A stretch of 64,000 nucleotides of DNA. It comes from Carcharhinus longimanus (Eukaryota). This document shows, piece after piece, positions 24,401 through 37,754 of this stretch. Every line of letters starts with the position of its first letter. Within the stretch, counting starts at the first letter, position 1. The stretch is taken from the NCBI GenBank assembly GCA_030264375.1, contig JASCQW010000119.1, positions 30,711,359 through 30,775,358 on the forward strand, written 5' to 3'. The notes beneath the pieces were generated by a model. The model made no database searches. It saw nothing but the letters and a program-made list of their open reading frames with translations, and was not told the DNA's origin. A program made the position numbers and the translations under genes.

Positions 24401-26120
24401 TTCCAGCTTGGTAGAGCTCACTCTCAAAGCTGACCCACTTGCATGAGAGAACTACTAATGGTCAAAAGAGATTCAGTGACTTCCAATGAAAGCCAATAAT
24501 GAAACAAGAAATTGAAGTGTAGGGAGCCTTTGCCCTTAAATCTGCTTATCACAATCATAGAGTGATGTGAAGAAGAATATTTTTTCTGAGCAGGATTCAC
24601 TGAATCAAGGTTTTGATCTCCTTATCTGATTACAAATAGAATATTGAACTAAAACAATAACCCTTCTTCTTCATGAATACTGATTATCCAGAGTATATTT
24701 AAATTATTTTCTTCTTTCATTTCAGATCCCCCTTGTTTGCAGTTCTCCTTTTTCACCGACTAGAATCATATTTGGTAAAAGGGTTATCACAGCTAAGACT
24801 TAGAAGTCAGTTTTCCTCTGGATTTGGAGACATCATTAATGAAGATGGAGAATTACTGATCATTCCATAAAATTGATTCCAAATTAACTTGTTTTCTAAA
24901 AGAGGAGCAAAATTTCAAAGTGTAACTCAAAAACTGTTCGACAACGCGATTTGCTAAAATGTGTAATTTATCCTGTAAAAAAAATTGTAATTAGGGAACC
25001 AAAATAATGTACTGGCAATATATTATTAAGATTGTAATGCAGTTTTTATGTGCCTGTCACTTTGTAAAAGTTCAATCATGATTTGTTTGAAGTAAATGCA
25101 TAATTGAGTCCTTGCTGACTTTTCTAACTTACTCAGTTTCCAACTCTTGCTATAGAATGAATGACAAACTTTAGTCTTTTTTGGGTATACTACTATTCAA
25201 CGTTTATCCATGTCCTGCTCATTTTGTTTTTATGTCTCAGGGTTATTGAGATAGAGTGTGTTCAACACGGCCATTTTTCTGGAGTTCAGCTTGCCATTTT
25301 GAGAGCCTCGTCCACTGGGAGCACATATCAGGAAATTGCAGGTGCAGTTGCCATGGTTTTCTGCTTGGAAAATCGTAGGGAGCATTCTGGCAATTTTCCA
25401 ATATGTTCTCCCGACAGGCGAAGCTCTCCACTGGCAGTGAACATTCAGAAATTCATCTCTTATATTTGTATCTGTTTGTGAGTGTCTTGTTAACTCCACC
25501 ATCGCAAATACAATAACATCGAAGTGTGTTTAAAAAATGCTGCAAGTACTTCATTAAATCGCCAGGATCATACGTTTATAAAAAATATTCAACCCTAATT
25601 AGAAATTCATGTTGTTGGCTCCATGATTAGTGCCCAATGTAAAAGAAAAACCTAAATTCACAGCTGTAACTGTGGCAACAGCCGCTGCCTTTTGAACTAC
25701 CCCTTATTTAAAGGGTCGCATTGTGAAGCTTTCCTTACGAATGATTTTGTATTACAACATGTTTAGATCAGGAAAAAGTAGACATAATGCCCATAATTAT
25801 GTGAGATTACCATTTTCATATGGAATATTTTATATTAGTCTTATTCCCCATGCGAAAGCTCATGACTCAAAGTATTCTCACAGTTACTTTTACATCATTG
25901 AGACTATTCATTAGAGAGGAAGATCTGTATATTTAGGTTCAATTTAGCTCAAGGGGGAAAATAAATGACAAATTTAACAGGTGGATTGAAATATTTGGCT
26001 GATGCTGTGCATTTGGCACAACTGATGCCTAGTTTGACTTCAGAGAATGAATGAGGAAGTTAAGAGAGTTTTTTCACATATTTATTAGAATGGTGTACCT
26101 TTTGTCACAGCTAAGTACTA

Positions 26121-26252
26121 GGCTGGAATTTTACAACCGTTCACGGTGGATTTTTCCATCCCAACCACAGTGAACAGAGATTTGGCTGATTGCCAAATTC
26201 CCCAACTTCACTGCAGCGGGAGAGTGGCATGAACAACAGTTAAGATCACGCC
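26121..26252. mobile_element. Harbinger-type MITE, TSD CTA
   Basis: cta|ggctggaattttac ... gttaagatcacgcc|cta. Confidence 0.7.
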
Positions 26253-27289
26253 CTATGATATCATTTATAGGCAAGTTGGATGATTATTGGATTATTTGGA
26301 AAGGACATATACAAAGGTATTTGTCAAGGAAGCAATTTAGAGAAAACAGCTCCAGTTGAAGTGTTGGCAGAGGCACAAGTACAATAAGCTGTACTTCTCT
26401 GCTATAATTTCAATGATTCCAGAATCTGTTGCAGAGGACCTGCATTTCCCTTGGTTTCAATAGGCACCATCCCCACAAACTCTACATATCTTTGCCACAG
26501 CAGACAATAACAGTCATTCAATGCAATGCTTAGTGATATAAGTATCACTTCAGATGATTTGCTGCTTATTAAATGGTGCAGTTAAGCTTGTTTCTGAATT
26601 CTGTATAAACAAGTAATTTGGATTTGGAAAAATAAATTGGTAAGAAAGCTAATTATGCACAAAAGGATACCTGTATTATTCTTTTATAATTACTACCTTC
26701 AACTGAATTGAGCAACTGTTCTTCTACATGGAATTTAATATGCATTATATATTTCTCTCTCATGACCTTTTGTAAACTCTAAACATGATATAATGTATTG
26801 CTCAGATAGAAGCCATATACAGTCTAACTGTGTTTTAAACTATTTATGTGATAGACTATATTACATATTATAGTTTAGACTCATTTAAAAAAAAGCATAT
26901 GTTGGTTCCGATTTCGCTACAATGGCAATCACTTTAATCAATTGTCAATATGTAAATCATTCAACAACTTGTGGTGAGGAACAGATACATGAATTGTTAA
27001 TCACCACAAATTACTGGATGATTTTTACTGCCCCCACCTTTAGCCTTGCAAAAATGTCAACTTCTTCCTCAATCTCCCTGTGAATTTTGTGGAATTGTTA
27101 TATTTGTGCATTAATTGCCAATTGAATCCATCATATAAATTGAGAGCTGCTAGTTTCATAATGAAAGCATCATTTTATCACAAGTTTTTATTCATGCAAT
27201 GCTAATGCAACAGTAACTGCTGCCCAGAAGGGGAACCGTTTGTGGAGACTCATTCTGATAGCTCTTAGAAATTTTTCTAACTTCAAGTG

Positions 27290-27500
27290 GTGGGTCTGAT
27301 CCTCAAACCTCCTCTTAGCATTTTTCTCAATGTGGGAAGCAGCACGCTATTCGCTGGTAGTGGGATCTTCTGGTCCCGCCGCTGTCAATGGGATTTTCCC
27401 ATCAAAATCATTCCACACCATTGGGAAACTCGTGGCGAGGGTTGCACCACTGGCAGGACCAAAGAACCTCACAGGTGTATATGGCCAGAGAATTCCAGCT
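27290..27500 (+). mobile_element. Harbinger-type MITE of the 3579-3788 family
   Basis: Shared cttagcatttttctca...gggatcttctggtccc...agaattccagc. Confidence 0.6.
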
Positions 27501-29389
27501 GAAATTTTTCCTTTCCTTTCTTTCCCTTTTTGGAACAGATTTGGATTCAATTAACTTTTTAATTTCCTTCTCCCGCATTCTTCTGTCTCATTCTCAATCC
27601 TTAAGACTCATGGGATAAGGAGATACACAGTTAGTCCCATGGTTCACAAAGTCCGCAGAGGCCCTGCTGCCTTCACACTTCCAATAACTTCTATGCTGAG
27701 GAAAAATCTAACTAATGGGCCATCAAAGTAAAGTGAAACTCACCCTCACCTTAAAACCTGAAAACAGATTAATGTCATAAAAGTTAATGGGTCATAATCC
27801 ACTGTAGGAGCAAACTTGATGACATCTGTGGTTAATTAGAGTTCTTGTCCTTTCCTGTCGAACTTAATGGTATTTTGCTTGGCAAGTTGCTTAAAGTGGG
27901 CACTGATAATGTCATAGCAAGGGAATGTGAATAACTTGGATCTGTGTGAACAGGGCAAGCAACTGCACACTCCTTTACACAGTCAGATTTAAGGGTTGTG
28001 AAATAAATGGTGCAATGACTGAAAAGGAAGTATAAAGTTGATGAGTTCAATGTCAAATCAAGTAAGGAAAGTGAAATGGTTGGGTTACGAGAGAGAAAAA
28101 GAAAAGTTTAAGGCACAATTTCTGATTTTTATAATATCCATCAACAATTAACACCTGAAGGAATGAGCATCCATAATTGCAAATGTTGAGCTGAAGTTCC
28201 AGGGATGTTCATTAGCAAATGTGTACATTGTTAAAGGAATCACTGACAGCCAATCAAGGCTTAATTGAATATACAATNNNNNNNNNNNNNNNNNNNNNNN
28301 NNNNNNNNNNNNNNNNNNNNNNNNNNNNNNNNNNNNNNNNNNNNNNNNNNNNNNNNNNNNNNNNNNNNNNNNNNNNNAGACTCTAAATTGCTTCAAAATA
28401 ACTTATTCATGACTTAAGACCAGTTCTAACTTCCTGTGGCAAGTTTACTTCATATTGTTCAAGGGAATACTGTTATTCCTGCCAATCAGTGCATATTGTC
28501 AGTGAATCAGAGATTATTTTCACAAATGACGAGGTGCTAGGACTGTATTTTAGCTAAACTATGGTAGGGCTTACAAAGAAATTGTCTTATTGCTCTATTT
28601 CTATATCCCAAGCCTGAAAAATTGTCAGTGAGGCAAGCAGAACTTTTTGTTGACTGCTCTATAGATCACAGTTTTCTAGATGCACAGGGATAGAGGAAAG
28701 TAAGGAAAAATCCTTTGAGGTCCAGCTGACCAACAGCAGTGTGGTGAATACCTTTTCAACAATTCTTTTGTCATGTATTTATTGAACCTGCTTTTGGATT
28801 TCCTGATACCATCAGCCCTCACTGCCTCCGTGACAATCCATCATCAGCCTGTTAATAAAAGACCTTCGTTCTAGACTTCTTTTACCCTCCCACTCCTAAA
28901 TTTGAAACTCTTCTGTCGAGGTAAATCAACATTTTCTGGATTCTCGTGGAGTCATTATGCAGTCTGCGGTTGAATTACTAAACTTGTCAGTTACACCGAT
29001 TAAGTGGAAATGTAGTTGCTTGACAAGTGTGAATGTAAAATTATGATAGATGCCTTGTGATTGGCTGGTTTTCTGTCATTCTCATTAATCGTTTGTGTTT
29101 CACAAAATTGTCCACAGGGTAATCACACCCAGCTGCAAGTTTGATTGGCAGCCATTAAAAACTCTTACAAAAAAAAACTTTCTGAGACAGAGGAAACTGT
29201 GCCTCCAGCAACGTGGAGATTAAATCAGCAGCCATTACTTCCCCGATATAGTGCCAAAGTGGAGAATTAATACACCACCAGTCACTCATTGCTATCTTTT
29301 CATCAGCTTTATTTTCGTACATTATCCTCTCTGATTTTCATACCTAAATGAGTAGCTAGTGGAAAATATACCAATCAGGTCAGTTTTAA

Positions 29390-29615
29390 CACTCAATAAA
29401 GTTTCTGTGAAAATCTCTAGTCACCACACTCCGGTGCCTGTTTTGGGTACACTGAGGGAGAATTTAGCAAGGTCCATGCACCTAACCAGCACATCTTCAG
29501 GCCGTGGAGAAAACCAGAGCACCCAGAGGAAACTCACACAGTCAGCGATCCAAGATGGGAGTTGAACCAGGATCCCTGGCGCTGTGAGGCAGCCATATTA
29601 ATCACAGTGTCACTG
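29390..29615 (-). mobile_element. HE1-type V-SINE, alternative tail
   Basis: ccctggcgctgtgaggcagc and gggtacactgagggagaatttagc are reverse complements of the 12860 copy. Confidence 0.75.
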
Positions 29616-29874
29616 GCTCCTGTAAATTATAATAATTACATTTCAGTAAAGTTGTGAACTTTCTCTTCATGGGGGGATAGAATAGTTTGACCTGTATCTC
29701 TTTCAGAGACCAGCTAAAGCAGCTTAGGAGATCAGATGACCACCAACTAAATGTTAAACAAAATTTACTGAAAATGAATTTAGGATGCCTGTTTGATGAA
29801 ACCTCAACCGACTGATTCCATCATGGTTGTACAAGTTTCCAAATATTTCTAAGTATGTACATTCCAACCAGAGG

Positions 29875-30625
29875 ATAGTTTCCTAAATAGAATCTTGGGG
29901 TGTCATTCTCCCATGTCCCTGGGGCTGGGTTCGACAGCGGTCATGGTGGGAGAATATGGTGGGGGAACCAGATATCAGTTATGTCTCAGCATGAATTTAC
30001 AGCAGGATCTGCGACTGGTCCCTGCTATAGCAGGTTACAGAACTTGTCAGTGGCTGGCATGAATCACATTTGCATCCCATTAATGGGATGAGGATAGAGG
30101 TCTTACCACCTCCTCCATACTAGGTTCTTCCATAGTGTCAGAGAAAAACATAAGCTTTAACTTTAAACAGTAATCTGCTATGTAGGATCTTGTTGAAAGC
30201 CATCTGAAAGTCTAAATAAACCACATTCATTGGTTCTCACTGGGCAACTCTACTAATTATGTCCTCAAAGAATCCCAGTAGATTTGTCAAGCATGATTTC
30301 CCTCTCATAAAACAATGCTGACTGTCTGATTATACCACTGCTTTCCAAATACAGTGCTATGTTATCTTTGTTGATGGATTCCAGCAACTGCCCTACTGTT
30401 GACAATTGGCTCATTGGTTTATAGTTCCCTGTTTTCTCTCTACCTCCCTTTTTGAATAGCTTACATTAGTTACCCTCCAATCTGTAGGAACCATTCCAGA
30501 GTTCGAAGAATTTTGGAAAATGACCAACAGTGGAGTTATTATTTCTAGGGCCACTCCCTTAAATACTCTGGGATGAAGATTATCAGGTGCTGGAGATTTA
30601 TCCACCTTCAATCCCATTATTCTTT
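29875..30625. repeat. Composite of a Harbinger-type end and a CR1 (-) RT fragment; copy 1 of a local duplication
   Basis: TIR-like start ggggtgtcattctccc; minus ORF GLKVDKSPAPDNLHPRVFK...IFQNS..SGMVPTDWRVTNV (CR1). Confidence 0.75.
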
Positions 30626-30629
30626 TACT

Positions 30630-31490
30630 TGTCACCATTGACTGGGTCATGTGTCAAACAATGTCAGGCCAATCCAGCAGAATACAATGGAATCTCTTTT
30701 CATTCTCATAGGACTTTGACTTTGCTGATGATCTTGCTGCCATCTCTTCAAGATATACATATTCCAGAAGACTGACAGACTCAGCAAGTCAGCAAAGGAG
30801 AATGCTTATTAACAAGCAGAAAACACAAGTCTTGAGCATCAACCCACCAGCAGCAGCTTCAATTACCATCGATGGAGAAATGCTAGAGTGTGTTGAGGAC
30901 TTCACATACCTCAGTAGCCTTAACAGCGTGATAGCAGTGGTAAAAAGGAAATCAAAGCCTGGCTGAATAAAGCTAAGGGTGCATTTAACAGGCTTCAAAT
31001 CATCTACAAATCCAAACAGTACAAACTTAAGACTTAAATCAGATGCTACAATACTAATGTCAAGTCAACCCTGCAATATGGATATGAGTGCCGAAGGGTA
31101 GTAAAGACAGACAGGAAAACGTTGTCAACGTGAAACCTATAACATCAACTGGTTGAATAACATTTCCATTTAAAACCTGTACAAAAAGAATGGCTGCCAC
31201 CGCATTGGTCTTGAGATCAAGAAGTATTGGATCAGATGACTCAGACACAGATTAAGAATGTCACAAAAGTGAATACTAAAGGTTACTCTAAGATGGATGC
31301 CAGTTGGGAAACATAAATGGGGCCATCCAAAACTAACCTGGTGTAGGACTGTGGTGATTGACCTGAAAAAGATGGGGCTTACATGGATTGAGGCACAAGC
31401 CACAGCACAAGACAAGGCCCAGTGGAGGAACATTGTGATAATGGACTCACTCATTATCTCCGTGTGAGTTGGTCCATGATCTGAAGACAC
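30630..31490 (+). mobile_element. RTE-clade LINE, RT through C-terminus, decayed
   Basis: IDWVMCQTM...IQWNLF..DFDFADDLA, INKQKTQVL..ITIDGEMLECVEDFTYL and LRWMPVGKHKWGHPKLTWCRTV..AQDKAQWRNIV. Confidence 0.8.
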
Positions 31491-31559
31491 AAACTCTTCA
31501 CTTCTGAGGTACTTTCTGTATTTGTATTATTAGTTTGCTGTCTGATATCAAGTGCTAGA

Positions 31560-31980
31560 TGAATTACTTGCATTGAGATCTCTGAAGCCATCATCTGCCA
31601 CCTCCATCAGTGATTCCATTCCTCCTCTTAGTCATTGTCTTGGACTGAACCAATTCCAGTGTCACTGTATTTGGTGACCCACATTTGCTTTCAGTCCACA
31701 AATGCCTGAAATTTACAATTTTCATCCTTTTGTTTAAATTCCTCTGTGGCCTCACTTTTCTCTGTGTCAAACCTACTAACCCTCTGAACTCTCTATATTC
31801 CTCCATACTTACCTCGTACGCACCCCCATTCCATTCATCTATCATTGGTCACTATGCCTTCATACGCTGTGGAATTCCCTCCGACAATCTTCTGTTTCCT
31901 CTCCTTGCATCTCCTTTATGACCTGTTTAAAATAATCTTTTTGACTAAGTCACTCCTCCTTCTTCTTTGGCTGATGATTA
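31560..31980 (+). mobile_element. L2 LINE 3' fragment, degenerate
   Basis: H.L.VHKCLKFTIFILLFKFLCGL followed by L2-like tgccttca...tgtggaattccctcc. Confidence 0.55.
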
Positions 31981-33019
31981 ATTTTCATTTTATTTCTATG
32001 ATGGACTAATATTTTCTCTTGATGCTTTTTATATTGAAGATACCACAGTAAAGCTATCTCAATGTTTTTGTTACTGTTTAAACAGATTCAATGGACAAAG
32101 TGGCCCTTTCTTGATATATGATTTCCAGTGGTTTTCATCAAAGTTCAATGATGGGAACCCCACTAATGAACAACCTTTGATAACATCAACGTGATTTTAA
32201 GATCTTCCATTTTTAAGGAATGGAATAAACACAGGTGAATGTAACCAGTTCTTTATATGTAATTAAATTTTTGCTTGGCTTTAGGCAACAAAATGTTTTG
32301 AGCAATCCACCTTCTTCATAAATGTATGTGTATTCAGTTAGAACAAAGCCTTTGTGGATAAATGGCCAATAAGAAACCAGTAATGTATTATGAAATAACC
32401 AATCATGTGGCAGGAGAACCTACCAATTATTAGAATAAGCCCAAATCACTGAGTATTTTTTTCATTTCTGTTTTGTTCTCAGTAATTATATTTTCTAATG
32501 TCCAACATAAAGTTTGCAACACAATGAAATGGTGATATATTAGATATCTCCCAGTCAGATACATATTGTGAATTCAAACTGTTTGATTCTTTGTTCGGAT
32601 GAGGATGAATTTCAAAAAGCTTTATTTAGGTAAATCTAATTTGAGATTTTGTCTGTGAAAAAATATAGAAACATGGACAAATCACTTCAACATAACAGAT
32701 TATATGTTTCCATTGTTGCTGCAGTTAATCATTTCCATCTTTAAATTCTACTACAACCTACAATTTAAATATCTCAATTAATACGATATAGATACTACCT
32801 GGACAATTATTTTAAAGTTTAATTACAACATATTACCCTTCTTTTGTACTTCAACAAGTGTGTCAAACTGGCAGATCTTAGACTAAAATGTCATTCGCAT
32901 AGCATTACTTTAAGGCTGTGCTACACTGACCATATAGATTCCCCAGGGGCAGACAGCACCATTGCCCATTATTTGTCCAGCTTTACTATTAATAGCATTG
33001 AGGAATGCATTAAAGAGAG

Positions 33020-33350
33020 AAAATGGTGGCATAGTGGTAACGTCACTGGACTACTAATCCCGATATCCAGGCTAATAGTCTGGGGATGTGAATTCAAATC
33101 CCACTGTTGCAACTGGTTAAATTTGAATTGAAAGCTAATCTCAGTGGTGGTGGCATGAAACTATTGATCATACTCATAAAAGTCCATCCTGCTTACTAAT
33201 GCCCTTTGGGGAAGAAAATCTACCATCTTTAACTTTCTATGTGACCCACAGTAATGTGGTTGACTCTTTGCTGTGCTCTGAAATGGCCTAGCATACCACT
33301 CAAACCAAGAAATTAGGAATGAGCAACAAATGGTGTATGCATCCCTTAAA
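33020..33350 (+). mobile_element. tRNA-derived SINE family 2
   Basis: tggcatagtggtaacgtcactggactactaatcc...ttcaaatccc; core and tail as at 53017. Confidence 0.75.
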
Positions 33351-33739
33351 TATTTTTTTAAAAGCACTACAGAAATCAATTTTTAGCCCTACCTTTCTTA
33401 TTAATTTTATTTATAATTCAAAAACAAATCACTTTTCAGTGGGTGAATGAAATACTAACCAGTTCCCGTGCACTGAAAATGTTTGCACAAACATGAGGCA
33501 ATTTTTGGATAATGACCTGTAAATTAAAACATTCTGTCTTTAGGTATTGGGATTCATATTCCACTTATCCACCTCAGTGAGTAAATAAACACTCCTTCTT
33601 GTTTCTTATTTCCCAGACTCACATCTAAAAAACATACTTCATTTTTTTGTCAGATTCCTTCCTAATTCTTTCACTGGAGACATGCAATTCATCCATTCAT
33701 ACACACCTCCTCCTTGCAGTGCTGTGATCCTTTAACTCA

Positions 33740-34280
33740 TTTTCTCTCTACCTCCCTTCTTGAATAGTAGGCTTACATTAGCTACCCTGCAATCTTTAGG
33801 AACCATTCCAGAGTTTGAAGAATTTTGGAAAATGACCAACTGTGGATTTATTATTTCTAGGGGCTCTCCATTAAATATTCTGGGATGAAGATTATCAGGT
33901 GCTTAGTCACTTTCTAAAATAGAATCATGGGAACTTGGGGTGGCATTCTCCCGTCCCTGGGGGTGATTTTGACAGCGGTCACGATGGGAGAATATAGTGG
34001 GAGTCCCTGATATCAGTTACGTCTCAGCATGAATTTACAGCGGGATTTGCTACTGGTGCCTGCTATGGCGGGTCACAGAACTTGTCAGTGGCTGGCATGA
34101 ACCACATTTGCATCCCATTAATGGAATGAGGATGAAGGCCTTACCCTCTCCCCAACACTAGATTCTCCATTGTGTCAGCAGGGAAACATAAGTTTTAACT
34201 TTACACAGTAATTGCTATGTAGGACCTTGCTGAAAGCCACCTGAAAGTCTAAGTAAACCATGTCCATTGGTTCTTGCTGG
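33740..34280. repeat. Permuted copy 2 of 29875-30592
   Basis: 33740-33903 matches 30432-30591; 33904-34280 matches 29876-30243. Confidence 0.8.
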
Positions 34281-34432
34281 TTATGCAGAGGAAAGCTGCC
34301 TTTATACAAATTTAAAAATATTGCATCAAACACGATGGTGCTTCAGATATAGCATGGTGTAAATTGCTAACACCACCCTGAACAATCTTAAAAAGAAAGT
34401 CAATTCTTTTAACTCATAAACGTTCCCAAGAA

Positions 34433-34735
34433 GGGGCGGCGTGGTGGCACAGTGGTTAGCACTGCTGCCTCACATTGCCAGGAACCCAGGTTCGATTCCC
34501 AGATTGGGTCACTGTCTGTGTGGAGTTTGCATGTCTGCGTGGATTTCCTCCAGGTGCTCTGGTTTCCTCCCACAGGGAAGATGTGCGGGTTAGGTGGATT
34601 GGCCATGCTAAAATGCTCCTTAATGTCAGGGAGACTAGCAAGGATAAATCCATGGAGTTATGGGACAGGGCCTCGGTGGGATTGTGGTCAGACTCAATGG
34701 CCTCCTACTGCACTGTAGAATTCTATGATTCTGTG
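34433..34735 (+). mobile_element. HE1-type V-SINE with CR1 tail
   Basis: Full head with ggttcgattccc; tail tgcactgtagaattctatgattct. Confidence 0.9.
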
Positions 34736-36588
34736 AACCAAGCTGCTCTCCATTAATAAAATGTCTGAAAGTGAATATTGCCATGCTGAAGTTAGAGTAT
34801 TTATGTTAACCTTTAACATACACAACACTTAAAAACTGGTCTTAAGTGATAGGTAAGTTCAGCAGGTAAACATTACAAACCTTGCTCAAGAACTCAAATG
34901 ACAAATAGACATTCCATGTTGGTCAGCTAACTTTATTTAATAAAATAACAATCTGTTGAAGTCACCTATGGAAAACAGTAGCTATGTTTTCACAGGAAAT
35001 GAAGTGATGGACCATTCCAAGAGACCAAAAAATACAACCTCTTGATTTAATTTTTATATGTACCATGACAATTCAATAATACAGAATATTCTGTACCAAC
35101 CAAATCCTAGATCTGACTCATCATGGGTCTCAGTTGGGGTTGTCCTTCAGGACTGATAGAGACTGCTGGAGAGAAGGCTATTGGTAAAAATGACCTTTTA
35201 TTGAACATTGTACCTAACATGTACAATAAAAGGAAGGCTTCGTATAGAATTTTCTCATAGCATACTCTGTTATCATGTGGTCTTACATTATTGATGAAGC
35301 ATACTGTCCATTTGCATGTTTAATATACACTGACTGTGTTCTATATTAACGTACAAGCATATTACAGATCCATAGGACATTACCTTTTCTGTTCCGTTCA
35401 TCATTGTTAACATCACATTTAAAAAAAAAACTTAATGGGTTAAACGCTTTGTAATGGAAATAATTAATTGTTCACATCATGTTAGTATCACTCTCAGTAA
35501 TATTTAGGCTAAGGATTCTATCCAGTGCTACATATTCGGTTGCTTGATAAAATAAAGAGTTCAATTAACTGTATGGTTGAAGTGGTATCTCCATTGCCTC
35601 CATTTTGCTCAATGTCTCTCCCACTGTCTACTTCAAACAAAAGGAGTTAAAGACAATTCCATATTGTTTTTCAACTGCACTTGTATAATTAATTTTTTTC
35701 CTCTTTTACTTCAATGTCATGCAATAAGTTCTTTAAATATGTAAAAAATTGAATCCCAAAATACAGATGTCTGGAGATTTCCTCTCACAATGAATCATCT
35801 AAAAAAAAAGTCTGTAATGACTACGACCGGAATTGTTTGTGAAGGAAAATCTTCGCCTCATTTTCATGCCAACAGTTTATCTTTTTTATTTATGAAACAT
35901 CATTAGTGCCACAGGGAGTTTAAAAGCCTGAGAAACAATATTACATGGAGGTAATTAGTTTTCTTTGGGAGTAAGAAAAATTAGGACAAAGCTTCATCAC
36001 AGAGAAAACTTGGATGCCAGCTTTGATCTTTTGTCATCACGAACCTCCCAGACTGAAGGCGGGCAAAGCACCATTAACAGCACTAGGTCATTCCTTTGAC
36101 ATGTAGGGGAGAAATTAACAGCTGTCATCGAATGATGAGTTAACTTCATAATGGCATAATGGCACTAACAAAACAATTAGCATTCACAGGAAATAGATAA
36201 TGAAAATTCCATGCTGAGTTACGATGAGGCATCTAAATTAAAGGAAAATGGGAATAAAATGTGGATGGGTGAATTCAGAACGGGCTGCAGAATAATTTGA
36301 TTGTCAGTCTTGCTATTGATTGACTGAGTAGATCAAGTAGGGCAACACATCAAATATCCAGAATGCCAATTTAAACATGTACTTTAAAACGGTATCACAT
36401 CATCAGGCCCCATTCCAAAAATCAGACAGCGAAACCTCGGCTGAAATTAACTCCACTTACTACTTTGCTGCTTTTACCTCAGTTTGCAAGAGTGAGGCTG
36501 TTAAATATTTCCTGACCTAGTCAAGTTGGCTCAACAATTTATGACATGGGCAAAATTTATGTGTAATGAAGGAACCTGAAGCACTACA

Positions 36589-37730
36589 GGGGCTAAATTG
36601 GATAGCCCACAAAAACAGCTGCAGGGATTGTGCTGCATAATTAACCCATGCCAGTTGATTGTGAAGTAGGCAGAGTGCCAACCTCCATACTCTCGGCTGA
36701 TTTCAATGATTGCTATGCCCAGCCACAGTTAACCACACTGTTGATTGACTGGATGCACTAGCAGGTTGACTGGATGGTTGGNNNNNNNNNNNNNNNNNNN
36801 NNNNNNNNNNNNNNNNNNNNNNNNNNNNNNNNNNNNNNNNNNNNNNNNNNNNNNNNNNNNNNNNNNNNNNNNNNNNNNNNNTGTGTGTGTATTGTGTGTG
36901 TGTGGGGGTGCGGGGGGGTGGGGGGGGGGGGATTCAGGAGAGAGAGTTGTGCAGTGTTGTGACAGGCTACAGTTGCGCAATATTGTGAGGGGTTAGAGCA
37001 ACTTAAAGCCAGCATGCACTTATCAAAGTTAACTCTTAAAAGGGGGTACAAGGTTGCTGAAGCAGGAATTAGCAGATATGCATGAAGTGAATTTGACTGG
37101 AAACATTGAATAATGGCACGACATGGTCAAGAGCAGCTTCCAAGGTTTCCAGGCACTGCACTGAGGAGGTGGAAAGGGGGGGAGTGATTGTGTCTGCAGG
37201 GAGTAAGAAGGCTCTCTGGATATATGCTCACAAGGTTTGAGTAGATAGCTGAGGAAGTCAATGCCCTGAGGACCTAGTTGCAGTGCAGCAAGAAATTCAA
37301 TTGCCTCACATGAGTGGCCAAGGTAAGTGAACTTCAAATTCCAAACTCTTCCAATCAACAAGATTAGGTGTTATTTAGTTCACCACCTCCTCTTCACTCA
37401 TCTACCAACAATCTTGATCGATCAGGACTCATACCTAACAATCGTGTCTCACAACCCTCTTACGCACTTAGCATCCTTGATAAACTGACACACCCACATC
37501 TCACAGCTAGAAGGCATCGTCAGCTATTCAATCCTAGTATCCCAGACTGTCCAAGTGAGATTCATCAATGTTCTTTCCTCTCTCTTGCAACTTCAGGTGA
37601 TATACAATTACAGGCGATAGGAGTTAACCAGAGCAGGGTAGATAGGGTTGCGCATTTTAACTCCTACTAGAGGATATAGCGCTTACAGTTGTTGGGATCG
37701 ATATTACTTAGCCTGTGATTGACAGAAGGG
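36589..37730 (+). mobile_element. Harbinger relic with a two-exon Myb/SANT-like gene (exon 1 37113-37322, exon 2 about 37590-37720)
   Basis: ATG at 37113; EEVNALRT*LQCSKKFNCLT*VAK|gtaagt is a decayed RTW.QCRKKFNDL motif; downstream exon QVIYNYRR*ELTRAG...ILTP. Confidence 0.7.
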
Positions 37731-37754
37731 CTAAAACCGGTGAAGAAAAGAAAA

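Noticed and set aside
35080-35095. Perfect 16-bp palindrome TACAGAATATTCTGTA
   Set aside because: About one is expected by chance in 64 kb (64000/4^8), more in AT-rich DNA.
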